A DNA stretch of 63,991 bases, the filler included, from Perkinsus olseni (lineage: Eukaryota): assembly GCA_013115125.1 (NCBI GenBank). It is 3 parts of 3 records of this genome, joined end to end, with 100 filler letters (N's around TTAATTAATTAA, not from the genome) between each part and the next. Parts side by side here need not be neighbours in the genome. Positions count along the whole stretch, not along the records: positions 45,746 to 63,991 come from JABANN010000617.1; 2 more parts are not named here. The stretch is one strand, 5' to 3'. The translations under genes were made by a program, and so were the position numbers. Below, one piece after another: positions 61,513-63,991 of the stretch (position 1 is its first letter; every line of letters begins with the position of its first letter). The notes beneath the pieces were generated by a model. That model was not told the DNA's origin. It worked only from the letters and a program-made list of their open reading frames with translations, and did no database searches.

Positions 61513-63991
61513 TGGTGTTCCGCTACAGTTGCCATTTTGTTCATAGTCACCGACAAGACCCAGAGGACCTCCCTTGAGGGAACCGGACGAACCATCTGAT
61601 GCTGATGGATGGGGGCCTCGAACTGAGCGCAACTGCACTGTTCTTATCACAATTGTATCCGTGGGTTGTCCTCGTCATACGATAGCTAAAGTACTGGGCC
61701 GCCTAGCGCGACGTATATTCGTGCTCCCCATCTCTCAGCTTGGATTGTGTTACGCGCTTATGGCATCTAGGACACGATGTTGATGGCAATCTTCTCGGCT
61801 TGTCATCGGTTGGGAAGGTGAAATTTAATTCCAGGACTTGTGACACCTTCTTTGATGCTCAGCTTTGTGTGCGCGGCTGATGAGTTTGCCGCAAGCAGAA
61901 CTTTGCAGACGATCATATTTACCCTTGGTTGTGGTGGGTAGATTGGATGGTATACACTACATGTGATAAGTTATTCGTTTTATCAGTTCAATCACTCACG
62001 CAATATTGAGATAGACTAAGGAGAAGTTTTATTACTTGTTAGTAGAAGTTGCTAAAATAATGGGATCAGTAAATCCTCCTATGGCGGTTATAAGACAGGA
62101 ATCGTAATCGAGAGAGACGAAGTGTGATGGGTCATACTTTTCAAGTACATAGAAGAAGAACCACGCCTCACCGAGCAAAACATAAAATCAAACAACCACA
62201 AGAACGAAATACATGAAGAAAATGAACTTTAATGAACCCCCCTCGGGCGCGTAGATCCATCTATGTACATACGTACAGCACTTCCGCGAGGTACTCCAGC
62301 AACCCGGCTTGATAATTACCACTGGTAATTTACCAGCATAAATTACTGCAACCTGGTGCAGCCTTTTCTGCCACAAATATCTTGCCGACAACGCTACAGT
62401 AATCGATAAACAATCAACGTAACCTGCCAAGGTACCTGTAGACAGATCCGGTTACCCCGATCGCTTATCACAGAGATAAGCATTTTGACCAAACGCTAAC
62501 CCACCCGGGGGCTGAAGTTGACCAAAATTCTGCCACGCCATTACCTGGGTCATCGGTCCGATGACATCGGAAACAAACAACCTAATACTAAACGAAGACC
62601 AACGTGTGAGCCCTATAATACAGCGCAGCGAGTCGTCTACCTCGGACTCTTGGACCTCCACTTGTAGCCCTCCACCATTTTCACGCGCCTACAATTAAAC
62701 CTGACATAACAGGACAATATACCAACCTCCAACAATATCTTAACGTCACCACTGTCACAGTGGTGCCCACAGTGGCACTTTGCGCACCTGGGAAACATTA
62801 CTTGCAACTAACTACAATGAAGCTTAAGTCATTGACTTAAGCTTAGGCTTGACAAGCCTAATGAGCTCAATCAATCATCGTTAATCGCGGCCCTACGAAA
62901 GCCGTCATTGATAATGTCCAAACAACCAGGAAGGAAACAACAAATAATTATCTAGTGATTCGCCCCCCCACTGCGAGCAATTCTAGCTAATTCCCTCCGC
63001 GGGCACGTTGACCCATTTATGTGCACGCGTCCGGGAACCTGGAACCTGATTACGAATTAGTAATCGAGAACCTTGAACGGGCCCAAAATATCCAATAGGA
63101 CCCCTGACGCCCAGAGCAGTAAGATATCAAAACAGAGTAAGGAGACTGCTTCACTTCTCAGTGTGCGCGCCTGTTGAGGTTCTCCTGAAGATGAACACCG
63201 GCGACGAAACAAGACGCCAGTATAAATGCAAGACGTTCTGGAAGAAAAGTTCGATCGGATCGCGCTTTCGCTTAGCATTTGCCGCACCGTTCACAAATAT
63301 TCACAGCTCCCGTTGGCGTTTCCACTCAAGTTATGTCCCCGAGGCGTTCACAGAGGCGACGTCTAGAAGATGTATCTATAGGGTTGGGTTTTTCCTTCAA
63401 GCTTTTCTTGAACTATGCGAGCAAAGTTTCGCAATGTATAACCTATCTTTCGAACTTCTTCGGATGCACTCTCCGCTTTCATCTCCTGTAACTTACAGGC
63501 TGTAAGCGTCGCAAAAAAACGTGAGTGAATGAATACGGAGTGAATACGTGAGTGAATGCGGCACTCAGAAGTTCTGAGTCAGAACGCAACCGCAATGTAT
63601 GTGTGAACGAGAGGGGTTAAACATCACGCATCACACTCGGTTTAACCGAGTCGGTTAGCAATGGATTGAGACACGGCAGAGCAGTGATAGTGATGATTGG
63701 TATATTAGCAAATTAGCAGTGGCGTCTCTCATTCTATCAGAAGAAGCGATAAGAGCATAATCGTCGCACCGCCCAACATGATGCCGCCTCCCTCATTACC
63801 GAAACCCATAAATTCAGCTGCTTTGTGCACATACCATTCTTTCCGGTCATTTCAATATGTGTGGACTAAAGCTCGACGAACTATGCTCGACACGGCAGCC
63901 TTCTGCCAGCACCGGTTGTACAGTACCCGCCATCTAAAGACAGGTAAACTTTCAACGGGGCTCACGCAATCAATTTTTAGAGTTTGGGCAT

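Noticed and set aside
62188-62680. Minus-strand fragments resembling a secreted-family pseudogene
   Set aside because: Interrupted by stops, and similarity is too weak to support a call.
1-63991. CRISPR array, rRNA, prokaryotic operon or defence system, spliced-leader RNA gene
   Set aside because: I saw no regularly spaced direct repeats, rRNA-like conserved blocks or perkinsid/dinoflagellate SL 22-mer, and the genes are spliced eukaryotic genes.

Overview
Eukaryotic, intron-rich protist DNA. Short GT-AG introns of about 45-80 nt, very tight gene packing and characteristic secreted-protein families suggest the alveolate parasite genus Perkinsus; this is inferred, not proven. The window is three pieces joined by artificial N44-TTAATTAATTAA-N44 spacers (22791-22890, 45646-45745). 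Piece 1 (1-22790) is a compact, mostly plus-strand gene cluster: STN1-like OB-fold protein, AKAP28-domain/EF-hand protein, LZTR1-like Kelch-BTB-BTB protein, a DPY-30/RIIa docking-motif protein and several hypotheticals, followed by decayed retroelement DNA. Piece 2 holds a disrupted gag remnant, a secreted phytase-like esterase propeller, an intronless GT14 glycosyltransferase, a BET1-like SNARE and a large multi-exon membrane protein whose N-terminal helices align with the Orai/CRAC Ca2+ channel. Piece 3 holds three tandem paralogues of a secreted family, a tRNA-like Pol III element and an acidic hypothetical protein. Two observations stand out: (i) the Orai-like channel candidate, and (ii) a stereotyped 22-nt '7-8-7' scar (target 8-mer minus its last base + inverted 8-mer + 8-mer minus its first base; net +14 nt) found exactly at 11 or more sites, the pattern expected from hairpin-mediated excision of 8-bp-TSD (hAT-type) transposons. 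All gene models were spliced by eye and their boundaries are approximate.
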